NCBI GenBank assembly: GCA_041671645.1
Contig: JBAZBD010000001.1
Coordinates: forward strand, 735,234 to 799,233
Origin: Patescibacteria group bacterium
GTDB taxonomy: Bacteria; Patescibacteriota; UBA1384; XYA2-FULL-43-10; 1-14-0-10-43-13
Reading direction: 5' to 3'
Length of the DNA stretch: 64,000 nucleotides
Positions 40,671-48,757 of the stretch are shown here, one piece after another (positions within the stretch are counted from its first letter, which is position 1; each line of letters begins with the position of its first letter). The translations under genes were made by a program, and so were the position numbers. Under the pieces are notes generated by a model. It searched no databases. It had not been told where the DNA came from and was given only the letters and a program-made list of their open reading frames with translations.

Positions 40671-40967
40671 TTAATCCCCAAAATCAAAGAGATCACCCAG
40701 AAATCCGCTTCTTTTCTTCTTCTTGTAGCTATCATGACCTTTGTAATATTCATTTTCTTTGCGGCGGTCTTCATGCTGATGGTCATATGATACTCTAGGA
40801 GTCTCGTTCTGCTGGATTCTATTAGATGAATCCTGACTTGATCTCTCTATGATCTTATCTAGCTCTCCTCGATCAAGCCATACTCCGCGGCACTGAGGAC
40901 AATAGTCAATTTCAATCCCCTGGCGATCGCTCATTACTAAATCTATGTTGCATAATGGACATTTCAT
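40671..40967 (-). CDS. zf-TFIIB zinc-ribbon protein
   Basis: MKCPLC...IDYCPQCRGVWLDRGELDKII. Confidence 0.9.
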   Translation of the reverse strand: MKCPLCNIDLVMSDRQGIEIDYCPQCRGVWLDRGELDKIIERSSQDSSNRIQQNETPRVSYDHQHEDRRKENEYYKGHDSYKKKKRSGFLGDLFDFGD

Positions 40968-41049
40968 TTTTTAATCCTTTTTAAGTTAATTAGATTGGTT
41001 GCGGTAATATTCTTTATTGTTCTACATTTCTATCCTTTCGACTCAACAT

Positions 41050-41970
41050 TTACTTGACCAACACACCTTTATAGACACGGTAAGGTTTTGGGCCAACCAA
41101 CGTTTTCCCGTTGATAAAAACTGTTGGAGTACCATAAAGATCAGCGTCGCTCATTTGCTCTTTTTGCTTTTCTAACTCTTTCTTCGTTGAATCGCTTGTT
41201 GCACACTCATTAATTGTTTGAGGATTCATCTGGTACTTGGTTGTAAGCTCGTTAAGATATTCAGGCTTGAGCAAATCTTCCTTTTTTGATGCAAACAACT
41301 TGTCATTCAAATCCCAAAATTTGTCAGGATAGTTTTTGCTCGCGCAGTAAGAAAAATTTGTCAAAGTATCATTTGGATCTTTGGTCGGGAAATGAATAAA
41401 GGTTAAACTGCTTTTTTCTTTCTCAACTAGCTTCTTTACGATAGGGTAAGATTTTCGACTATAGTCACAGTTGTAGCAGCCTATAAAAACGATGTTATTT
41501 TTACTCTCTATTTTCTTTGAAGGGAATGCCGTGAGATCAATCTTGCTTTGATCTATACTCTCTGCGGTGTGTTCCTTAGCACTACACGTTTTGTTTTCAG
41601 CGGAAATTTGGTTATTGCCTCCAGTAGGATCAAAGACACAAAATCCGCTTTTGTTTAGGCCATTGCAACTGCCGTATTTGTAATAATTATAGCCGCCCTT
41701 AACAACATAAAATGTGCTTGCTATCATTAACATGAATAAGACAAATGAGAACAGCTCAAAATAGCGGTTTAAAATTTTAGCCATGAACGCAGATTTTGTT
41801 AGCATTCCACCAACTAATTTGCCTTTAACTTTTTCTTTAAAGCCTGTGTTGCAAGGCCTAAAAGTAGCTTTTCTAAAAACACAATCTAGTGCCTCCCTTG
41901 CCAGCTGGCGGTGAGTTGCACTAAAAAGTCCGAGTATAGAAAATACGATTAATGCGATTATACATGCCAT
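41050..41970 (-). CDS. Membrane-anchored DsbA/thioredoxin-fold protein with Cys-rich N-terminus
   Basis: CYNCDYS, HFP, YGTPTVFING. Confidence 0.75.
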   Translation of the reverse strand: MACIIALIVFSILGLFSATHRQLAREALDCVFRKATFRPCNTGFKEKVKGKLVGGMLTKSAFMAKILNRYFELFSFVLFMLMIASTFYVVKGGYNYYKYGSCNGLNKSGFCVFDPTGGNNQISAENKTCSAKEHTAESIDQSKIDLTAFPSKKIESKNNIVFIGCYNCDYSRKSYPIVKKLVEKEKSSLTFIHFPTKDPNDTLTNFSYCASKNYPDKFWDLNDKLFASKKEDLLKPEYLNELTTKYQMNPQTINECATSDSTKKELEKQKEQMSDADLYGTPTVFINGKTLVGPKPYRVYKGVLVK

Positions 41971-43175
41971 TACAAAATCCTTACTATATTTTTAATTTGT
42001 TTAATTAAGGTTTCGGCTTCTGCTAAGGTGTTATAGAAGTATGTTGAAATTCTAATCACGCCTTTGATTTCCTTGTCTGAGAACCACGGATGGACACACA
42101 GCTGACCTGAGCGAATAGCAATATTTCCAGAATTCTCTAATAGTTGAGCGATATAATGCGGATCAGCGCCCTCGATATAAAAGGAGATGATTCCGCTTCT
42201 TTTTTTTGGCTCGGCGGGTCCGATCAACCGTAGGTTTGGCAAATTTATTAAATTCTCTGTTATATATTTATTTAAGATAAGATTTTGCTTCTCGATGTTT
42301 TCCATTCCAATAGAATTTATATAATCAAGCGCCGCCCCAAACCCAAAAATTCCTGAGTAATTCTGTATGCCCGCTTCAAATCTCTGTGGCGACGGGAGAA
42401 GCTCATAATCCGTATAACTTGCGCTGTTTACCGTTCCACCTCCGATCACAGATGAGACAAAGTTTTCAATAATCTCTTTTTTAATATACAGAATACCTAT
42501 TCCTGTCGGCCCCAGCATTTTGTGAGCCGAAAATACTAGAAAATCTACACCTAGTTTTTTGACATCGATTCTTCGGTGGGTAGCTGCCTGTGTAGCGTCT
42601 AGTAATACCAGTGAATTATATTTATGAGCCAGTTCAACTATTTCTTTGACTGGATAGGTTACTCCATCCAGGTTCGAAGTATATACCAAGGAAACAAGTT
42701 TAATGTTTCCTTGGTTTTTTTCTAGTTGTGATTTATAGTCTCCCAAGTCAAATTCACCATTGCTAGCCGTTTTGGTGATCAGATGCTGAATTTTGCTATG
42801 TTTTGCTAATCTTACCCACGGCAGAAAATTGGAGTTGTGCTCTTTATCAGAGGTTAAGACGATATCGCCAGCTTTGAAGTTAAAAGAGTTAGCAACAAAA
42901 TTTATGCCCTCGGTCGCATTTTTTACAAATATCACCTCATTAGAATTATTTGCATTTATAAACTTCGCGGTCTTTTGTCTTACTTTTTCACACTTTTCGC
43001 CCACGACCTGACTCAGCTTGTAGCTGCCTCGATCGCAGAAAGGAAATTCCCTATAAAATTGTGAGACTGCCTCAATTACCGAGTTGGGCTTCAGAGTTGT
43101 GCAAGCATTATCAAAATAGATAAGCTTTGAATCTGACAGTATCGGAAAATCTTGGCGAGTCTTTTCTAGGTTCAT
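41970..43175 (-). CDS. SufS-like cysteine desulfurase (class V PLP enzyme)
   Basis: YFDNACT, EHNSN, DATQ, SAHKMLGPTG, RSGQLC. Confidence 0.88.
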   Translation of the reverse strand: MNLEKTRQDFPILSDSKLIYFDNACTTLKPNSVIEAVSQFYREFPFCDRGSYKLSQVVGEKCEKVRQKTAKFINANNSNEVIFVKNATEGINFVANSFNFKAGDIVLTSDKEHNSNFLPWVRLAKHSKIQHLITKTASNGEFDLGDYKSQLEKNQGNIKLVSLVYTSNLDGVTYPVKEIVELAHKYNSLVLLDATQAATHRRIDVKKLGVDFLVFSAHKMLGPTGIGILYIKKEIIENFVSSVIGGGTVNSASYTDYELLPSPQRFEAGIQNYSGIFGFGAALDYINSIGMENIEKQNLILNKYITENLINLPNLRLIGPAEPKKRSGIISFYIEGADPHYIAQLLENSGNIAIRSGQLCVHPWFSDKEIKGVIRISTYFYNTLAEAETLIKQIKNIVRIL

Positions 43176-43903
43176 TTTACGTCCTCAAGCAGCGGATTTA
43201 TCTTTGCCTTCATTTGCTCTAGAGATAGAGCGCCTGCAAGCTTTTCAGTCTTTCCTTTGCTATCAATAATAAATGTGCCAGGAGTGCCTGTAACTCCGAC
43301 TTTTTCGCCAGATTCAAGATCAGATTTTACCTTATCCGCAAATTTACCGTCCTTTAGCGCCTTTTTGAATTTATCCATATCAAGGGACAATTCTTCAGCA
43401 TATCTGATTAAATCTTGTTCATTCAGCCCTGTTCCATCTGCCTGAGAATTTGCCGCTAGCTTATCGCTGTACTCCCAAAACTTGCTATGCTCGCCGGCTG
43501 CTTCCGTGGCTTCGGCTGCTTTTTGGGCGGTTTTATGAAAATCAAGTGGGAAATGGCGGTAAACCCAGCGAACTTTGCCCGGATAAAGATCAATAACTTG
43601 CTTCATTGTCTTATGAAATTTTACGCAATACGGGCATTGAAAATCTGAGTATTCTACGAGTGTAATCGGAGAATTTATTTCCCCATAGATCTGGTCTTTA
43701 TCAGTAATCGTAAGTTTTGGTCCGGTCTCATTAACTGATTGCAAAGAATCATTTTCTGCATTTTTAGCATTTGACGATCCATTCTTAGAGATTAAAACGA
43801 CTGCTCCTACAATGACAACAACGATAATTAACAAGAATATATAGATAGCATTATTATTTTTTGAATTCACAAAAGCTCCTTTGTTATTAAGTAATTTAAA
43901 CAA
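43172..43903 (-). CDS. DsbA-family thioredoxin-fold protein
   Basis: EYSDFQCPYC, RHFPL, GTP. Confidence 0.9.
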   Translation of the reverse strand: MFKLLNNKGAFVNSKNNNAIYIFLLIIVVVIVGAVVLISKNGSSNAKNAENDSLQSVNETGPKLTITDKDQIYGEINSPITLVEYSDFQCPYCVKFHKTMKQVIDLYPGKVRWVYRHFPLDFHKTAQKAAEATEAAGEHSKFWEYSDKLAANSQADGTGLNEQDLIRYAEELSLDMDKFKKALKDGKFADKVKSDLESGEKVGVTGTPGTFIIDSKGKTEKLAGALSLEQMKAKINPLLEDVK

Positions 43904-43911
43904 ATAGAGAT

Positions 43912-44313
43912 TTAGAGGTAGAGTTTTGGCCTTAACCTGCCGTCAGAAAATGCTTGGAGCAAATAATCGAACAATTTTTGAAAGAAATATTTTCTTGTGT
44001 CTTTAATGTGACTTGGTTTAAGCGTAATGATTATATAAATGGCAGTTAACGGTGAGATTATTGACAGAAAAGATAGTGAGAAAATATCTTTAAAGCTAAC
44101 GTTCCTTAAATTAAATGCTTTTTCACTAAGGTGCTGGCTTAAACTTTCCCCGAGGCAAACTGACCGGCCGCATTGTTGGCTACCGTTATCAGTACAAAGT
44201 CCAGGCACACAATGACTAAGAGATAGAAACAAAAAAATGACCACAGCCAAAACGGCAAGCACCATTAGATATTTAGCAAAACTATCTTTAATAAGTGTGA
44301 TCAACATAACCAT
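43912..44313 (-). CDS. Hypothetical membrane protein
   Basis: Hydrophobic, Cys/His cluster, ends AFSDGRLRPKLY. Confidence 0.6.
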   Translation of the reverse strand: MVMLITLIKDSFAKYLMVLAVLAVVIFLFLSLSHCVPGLCTDNGSQQCGRSVCLGESLSQHLSEKAFNLRNVSFKDIFSLSFLSIISPLTAIYIIITLKPSHIKDTRKYFFQKLFDYLLQAFSDGRLRPKLYL

Positions 44314-44354
44314 ATTCTATTGTTTTTGGGAGTGCTTGGCAACCAGTACAAAAT

Positions 44355-44399
44355 AAAAAGCGGGCAGGAAGAGGATCTTGAGTGATCCTTCCTGCCCGC
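44355..44399 (-). terminator. Strong intrinsic terminator
   Basis: GCGGGCAGGAAG/CTTCCTGCCCGC stem with U-run on - strand. Confidence 0.75.
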
Positions 44400-44410
44400 G
44401 GACGAAGCGG

Positions 44411-44524
44411 TCATCTGGCCGCTTTGGGGCTGCAAACGGCTACCAGGAACGCCAGCGCTGGTATTGCCAAGTTGCAGCCGATGAGTGTGGCACTGAACGA
44501 GTTGAGCGTGATCCATTCAATCAT
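44411..44524 (-). CDS. 37-aa hydrophobic peptide
   Basis: MIEWITLNSFSATLIGCNLAIPALAFLVAVCSPKAAR; purine-rich RBS; terminator follows. Confidence 0.45.
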   Translation of the reverse strand: MIEWITLNSFSATLIGCNLAIPALAFLVAVCSPKAAR

Positions 44525-44608
44525 CGCCTTGCCCCTTTCCTATAGCGTTAGCTTGATATTAGCACTAGTCGCAAGCAATTAAAAGCGTGAGTACGTTACA
44601 AATTAATT

Positions 44609-44782
44609 TTAGAACTGCTCGATCTTTAATTTTTCATACTCTGCACGAGAAAAAAGTTTACCACATTCTATGTTTCTACACTTGGCAAAAAGACCGGCAC
44701 CTTTACTCAGAGTTGGTGAACTCGAGATGATGCCGGTTTTCGTTACAAACTCGCCACATTTATCGCAAACTTTATATTTCAT
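44609..44782 (-). CDS. 57-aa zinc-finger protein
   Basis: MKYKVCDKCG...CRNIECGKLF; not in ORF track. Confidence 0.6.
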   Translation of the reverse strand: MKYKVCDKCGEFVTKTGIISSSPTLSKGAGLFAKCRNIECGKLFSRAEYEKLKIEQF

Positions 44783-44856
44783 TATTATTTTTTAACAAAT
44801 TAATTCGATTGGCTTATAAAAAATCCCTCTACCAAGAATCCTTTGAGAGAAAAGAA

Positions 44857-44938
44857 CTCTTGACAGAGGGATTCGAACCCTCAAGCCTTTCGGCAACTGT
44901 TTTCTAGACAGCAGCGTATACCGTTCCGCCATGCCACC
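44857..44938 (-). ncRNA. tRNA-like RNA (long variable arm, AGA anticodon) with broken acceptor end
   Basis: D-arm, GCTGT-CTAGAAA-ACAGT, GCC-GAAA-GGC variable arm, GAGGG-TTCGAAT-CCCTC; only 5 acceptor pairs; no CCA. Confidence 0.75.
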
Positions 44939-44948
44939 ATTGCACTTA

Positions 44949-44977
44949 ATTTTATATCAGATTAAGCCTAGATTCAA
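44949..44977 (-). promoter_or_regulatory. Sigma70 promoter of the tRNA-like RNA
   Basis: TTGAAT-17 bp-TAAAAT, 10 nt before tRNA G1. Confidence 0.7.
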
Positions 44978-44987
44978 GGATAAAAAC

Positions 44988-47123
44988 TTATTTTTTCTTA
45001 AATAGCTTTTCAATCTCTGTAAAAATCTTTTCAAAATTATCCTCGGCCGTTTTTGAGTATTTAAAGCCATCCCAAACAAGCTTATCGTGAATGTACTGTG
45101 CGACTCCAACCTTATCAAATGATATTCCTGGTTTTTGGAATAACTCAGGGTTCTCTTTGGCTAGCGAAGATTCTATGTGTTTTATTAATTTAACTTTACC
45201 ATCAAAACCAGTTACGAAATTTTTTGCGAACTTTACAGTTGGATAGTTTTGACCATAATAAGCAATGACTTCATCAAGATACTCTGTTGGATCAAATAGC
45301 TCTTCGATGTCTTTTAAATCTGCATGACCGCTGATTGCGGACAGATCTTTCGTGAGCTCTTTCATATTTTGTAGACCATATTCGTCAAGAGTTTTTTTAA
45401 TCTGATCTGAATCGTTCTTTGAGTCAGGAATTGCAACACATTTTACATTATTCTTGGTTTTACGAGTTAGAAATAGGCAGTAAAGCGGAATATTATCTTT
45501 GCCATCAGCGGGCACAAAAGTTCTTGTTTCGTCAGCATAACTCTGCAACCATTTTAACCTAACACCACCTTTCTCTTGGAAATACCTAAGCCATCCAATT
45601 AGAAAGAAATAATCCGATATTCCTTCGATCACAATATGCTCCTTGCCCGTCAGAAGCTCTTCGCCAATAAATAAACCTAACGCCTGTCGAAGGGGAGAAA
45701 CTAGCTGCGAATCTCTCCAGAACCTCTGGTGAAGTGTACTCCCGTACACTTTCTGGCCTTTGACTTTTTCTATGTTTTCAACGACATACAATCTTTCTAA
45801 TCTTTGCCACTGCATCATCATTGGCTGATGAGTAGTGTAAATAATCTGTGAATTTTTCGTATTAACTTCAAAAAAGTTTTTAAGGTCAATTTGAGAGGAG
45901 GCGTGAAGGTTTTGTCCTGGCTCATCAAAAAGCCAAATTATCTTCTTGTTTTCCTTATTAGCGATAGCTAATTTGACGAAAAATTTAAGATACCATTTTT
46001 CACCTTCACTAAGGTTATTTAGCTCTATCTGTGCGCCCTGCTTGGTAAAAAAGAAAAAGCACAAATGGCTATCGTGTCTTTCAATGCGATATATTAGGTT
46101 GTGAGTCAGCCAATACTTATTTATTTCATCAGTGAGCGTCTCTGATGACTTATTTTGCAAACCAGTTAGTGCCCTCCCGATCTTAGAAGAAAAGTCCGTT
46201 GCGGAAACTCCTGATAGTTTTAGTAGATCAAAGAGAAAAGGGTGCTTAGTATCGTCTAACAAGTCTTTTATTGGTGCTGTTCCCTCGACCGCATAATCAA
46301 GATCAAGCAAGTTTATGGATAATGTTTTAAAGATTTCTTTAATCGCTAAGGAAATATCTCGGTTTATGACCTCACAGTAATCGCTATAAAGAATATCGAC
46401 TGAAGACTTTTCTATTTCATGATTTCCAATTAATACAATAAAGTTTTGTAGCTCGGTTCTTAAATTTGTATATGAATCTAAATCATCAGCTACAATGGCG
46501 AGTTTTATTTTGGCCTCAATATCGGACTTGGCTTGTTCTAGTTTTGAAATAATATCTTGAGTTGATTGTTCGGCTGTATTTATCTCAGGCGGCTGTTCTG
46601 CTGTAGGTGTTTGCGGATCAGCGATGGCCTTCTCTGGAACAACTATCATCAACTGCTTTATTTCTAGACCCAAATCCTTCGCAATTACTTTCAAATTTTT
46701 CACTCTCTCGTCCTTGTAATCAAGCGGTGTGATCTCCTGTGAAACCTCACCACCTTCACTTTTTTGAACGCTTAGCTCGAACCCTTTAACTCCCGTGAAA
46801 CCTTTTTCTTTGAGCTTATCCTCATCTTCTTTCTCGAGAGAAAACTCAGCACTTAGGTTAATAACTTTATTTTTTGTAATTTCAGAATCTTCGTTTAAGG
46901 AATCATCGACCAGGAATTTATTATTTTTTAAAGAATATAACGCATATAATATATTTGATTTACCGGAACCATTTTGTCCGATCAAGCAGTTAATCTTGTC
47001 GTCATGAAATACTTGATCGCCTATTTCTTTGATTGATTTAAAGTTTTTAACGGAGAACTTTTTTAATTTCATTTTTGTCCTTTTGTAGATAATGGTTTGA
47101 GCTAAATTGCTTGCTTTTAGCAT
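44988..47123 (-). CDS. OLD-family ABC-ATPase plus TOPRIM nuclease, candidate anti-phage gene (start probably MKLKKF)
   Basis: NFKSI, GQNGSGKS, LSEGEKW, FDEPGQNLH, YTTH, VIEGISD, DIEELF. Confidence 0.8.
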   Translation of the reverse strand: MLKASNLAQTIIYKRTKMKLKKFSVKNFKSIKEIGDQVFHDDKINCLIGQNGSGKSNILYALYSLKNNKFLVDDSLNEDSEITKNKVINLSAEFSLEKEDEDKLKEKGFTGVKGFELSVQKSEGGEVSQEITPLDYKDERVKNLKVIAKDLGLEIKQLMIVVPEKAIADPQTPTAEQPPEINTAEQSTQDIISKLEQAKSDIEAKIKLAIVADDLDSYTNLRTELQNFIVLIGNHEIEKSSVDILYSDYCEVINRDISLAIKEIFKTLSINLLDLDYAVEGTAPIKDLLDDTKHPFLFDLLKLSGVSATDFSSKIGRALTGLQNKSSETLTDEINKYWLTHNLIYRIERHDSHLCFFFFTKQGAQIELNNLSEGEKWYLKFFVKLAIANKENKKIIWLFDEPGQNLHASSQIDLKNFFEVNTKNSQIIYTTHQPMMMQWQRLERLYVVENIEKVKGQKVYGSTLHQRFWRDSQLVSPLRQALGLFIGEELLTGKEHIVIEGISDYFFLIGWLRYFQEKGGVRLKWLQSYADETRTFVPADGKDNIPLYCLFLTRKTKNNVKCVAIPDSKNDSDQIKKTLDEYGLQNMKELTKDLSAISGHADLKDIEELFDPTEYLDEVIAYYGQNYPTVKFAKNFVTGFDGKVKLIKHIESSLAKENPELFQKPGISFDKVGVAQYIHDKLVWDGFKYSKTAEDNFEKIFTEIEKLFKKK

Positions 47124-47386
47124 ATCATTGTAGTCTTACCTGTCAACATACTGTAACTGTTATACTGAGGTAACTGTTTACTTGCTTCTACTTTTTGTGT
47201 TAAAACTGTCTCAATTGGTATCTGATTTTGTCCCATTCATTTGTCCCAGTCATCTGGGGCAAAAAATGAGGGCTTTTGAAGCTAAATCTGAAAATATTTT
47301 AGCACCTATCCTATACACATATAATGGTTAGGTAGGTTAGGGGAAAAGTGTAAATACTCATCTCAAAAATAATCAATCAAAAAAAC

Positions 47387-48187
47387 ATGACAATACAAAC
47401 AATAACAACTAAACAAGAAGAAATACTAACTCTCATATACAAATACAAATTCCTAAACAGAATCCAAATACAATCATTTCTAGAACATAAAGATCACAGA
47501 AGAATAAACAGCTGGCTTAAAGACCTAACAGAAAAAGAATGCATAAAAAGAATTTGGTCAAACGGCTATGTCGAAAGAACAAGACCTTCTATCTATTATC
47601 TAGCATCCAGTAGCCTTGCGTATTTATCAAAACGATATTTCATCACTCCCCGATATTTTCCGAAAATAGCAGAAGAAGCAGTGATTGGTCCATCGGAACA
47701 CTACATTCTTGATTCCCTTTTACTTGCTGATCTTAGTTTAGGTTTTCTAGATAAGAATAAGGAAGCGGCGAATACTTCAGTTATTACCAAAACCGAATTG
47801 GCTGAACCATATTCGGAGTATAGCTTTCTGGCAGAGGCCAAGATTAAGCCGGAACTTCTTTTTGCTACGAGAGCCAGTAGCAAAAGTATGACAAAGTATT
47901 ATCTATTAGAGGTTATTGAGAGATATGCTTCATTCATCTTGGTTCGAAACAAAATCAAAAGATACTTTGATCTGTATTATTCCAATGACTGGGAGGATAA
48001 CATAGAGGGTGAATTCCCAACAGTACTTTTTGTCTGTCATTCAATGTACTTACTAATTTATGCCAAGAGGTATGCCCGAAGGCTCAGAGCTGATGAATAT
48101 CCGGATGCTGATTTCACAATTCAGTTTGCGCTACTAGAAAACCTCAAATCAAATGAATCAGGCAGTGATATTTGGGAGAAAGCTTAG
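47387..48187 (+). CDS. Replication-relaxation (Replic_Relax-like) protein
   Basis: N-terminal wHTH (FLNRIQI...LKDL), later KPE, YLLEV, KIKRY, FPTVLFV. Confidence 0.7.
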   Translation: MTIQTITTKQEEILTLIYKYKFLNRIQIQSFLEHKDHRRINSWLKDLTEKECIKRIWSNGYVERTRPSIYYLASSSLAYLSKRYFITPRYFPKIAEEAVIGPSEHYILDSLLLADLSLGFLDKNKEAANTSVITKTELAEPYSEYSFLAEAKIKPELLFATRASSKSMTKYYLLEVIERYASFILVRNKIKRYFDLYYSNDWEDNIEGEFPTVLFVCHSMYLLIYAKRYARRLRADEYPDADFTIQFALLENLKSNESGSDIWEKA

Positions 48188-48407
48188 ACTGAAATAATAT
48201 CTAGTGTTATTAACGATCAAAGTATTCAAAGATAGCTCAACCTGTTAGCGCAGGTGTATTTATTTAAAATTACCTAATTATTAGACACCTATTTATCATC
48301 TCTAGGACTTGTTTATTGGTTGATAAAGTAGCCCTATATTCTCTTGACACTATCCATGTGTGTGATAGTATATAACTATACATTACAGAGATAGTTAGGA
48401 GGGTGAG

Positions 48408-48755
48408 ATGGTGCCATGTCAAACACAACTTTTTAATCCTATTGAGACAGTTTCGACTAGCAATAAAATTGCGGCTGAATTTGTATCCACTATCTTGGTT
48501 AATCCCTCGCGTGAAACAGTTGAAAAGCGTCCTCGCCAGAATATAACTCTTGACTCTATATTCCCTACCCACCAAGAGGAAGCCAAAATAACAAAGGCAA
48601 GACGTATTTTAGGAGAAGTCGGCAGTAATCTCTCAGATGAAGAACTGGAAATATACCTGACCAAATTTGAATTCTTACTTGACACTTGGTTGGATACTTT
48701 TGAAAAACAAACATTCAATGGGAAAACATTAGGCCAGTTATTAAGAGAGGGGTAA
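48408..48755 (+). CDS. Small helical protein coupled to integrase
   Basis: GGAGG RBS; stop 2 nt before LSR ATG; TTGACA at 48344. Confidence 0.7.
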   Translation: MVPCQTQLFNPIETVSTSNKIAAEFVSTILVNPSRETVEKRPRQNITLDSIFPTHQEEAKITKARRILGEVGSNLSDEELEIYLTKFEFLLDTWLDTFEKQTFNGKTLGQLLREG

Positions 48756-48757
48756 AA

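Noticed and set aside
44301-44582. ORF-track 71-aa (-) and 66-aa (+) ORFs
   Set aside because: Both overlap a strong hairpin; the 37-aa frame fits the RBS and terminator better
44857-44938. Calling the tRNA-like RNA a functional tRNA-Leu(TAG)
   Set aside because: With the 5-bp stem the 7-nt loop centres on AGA, and the acceptor end is broken
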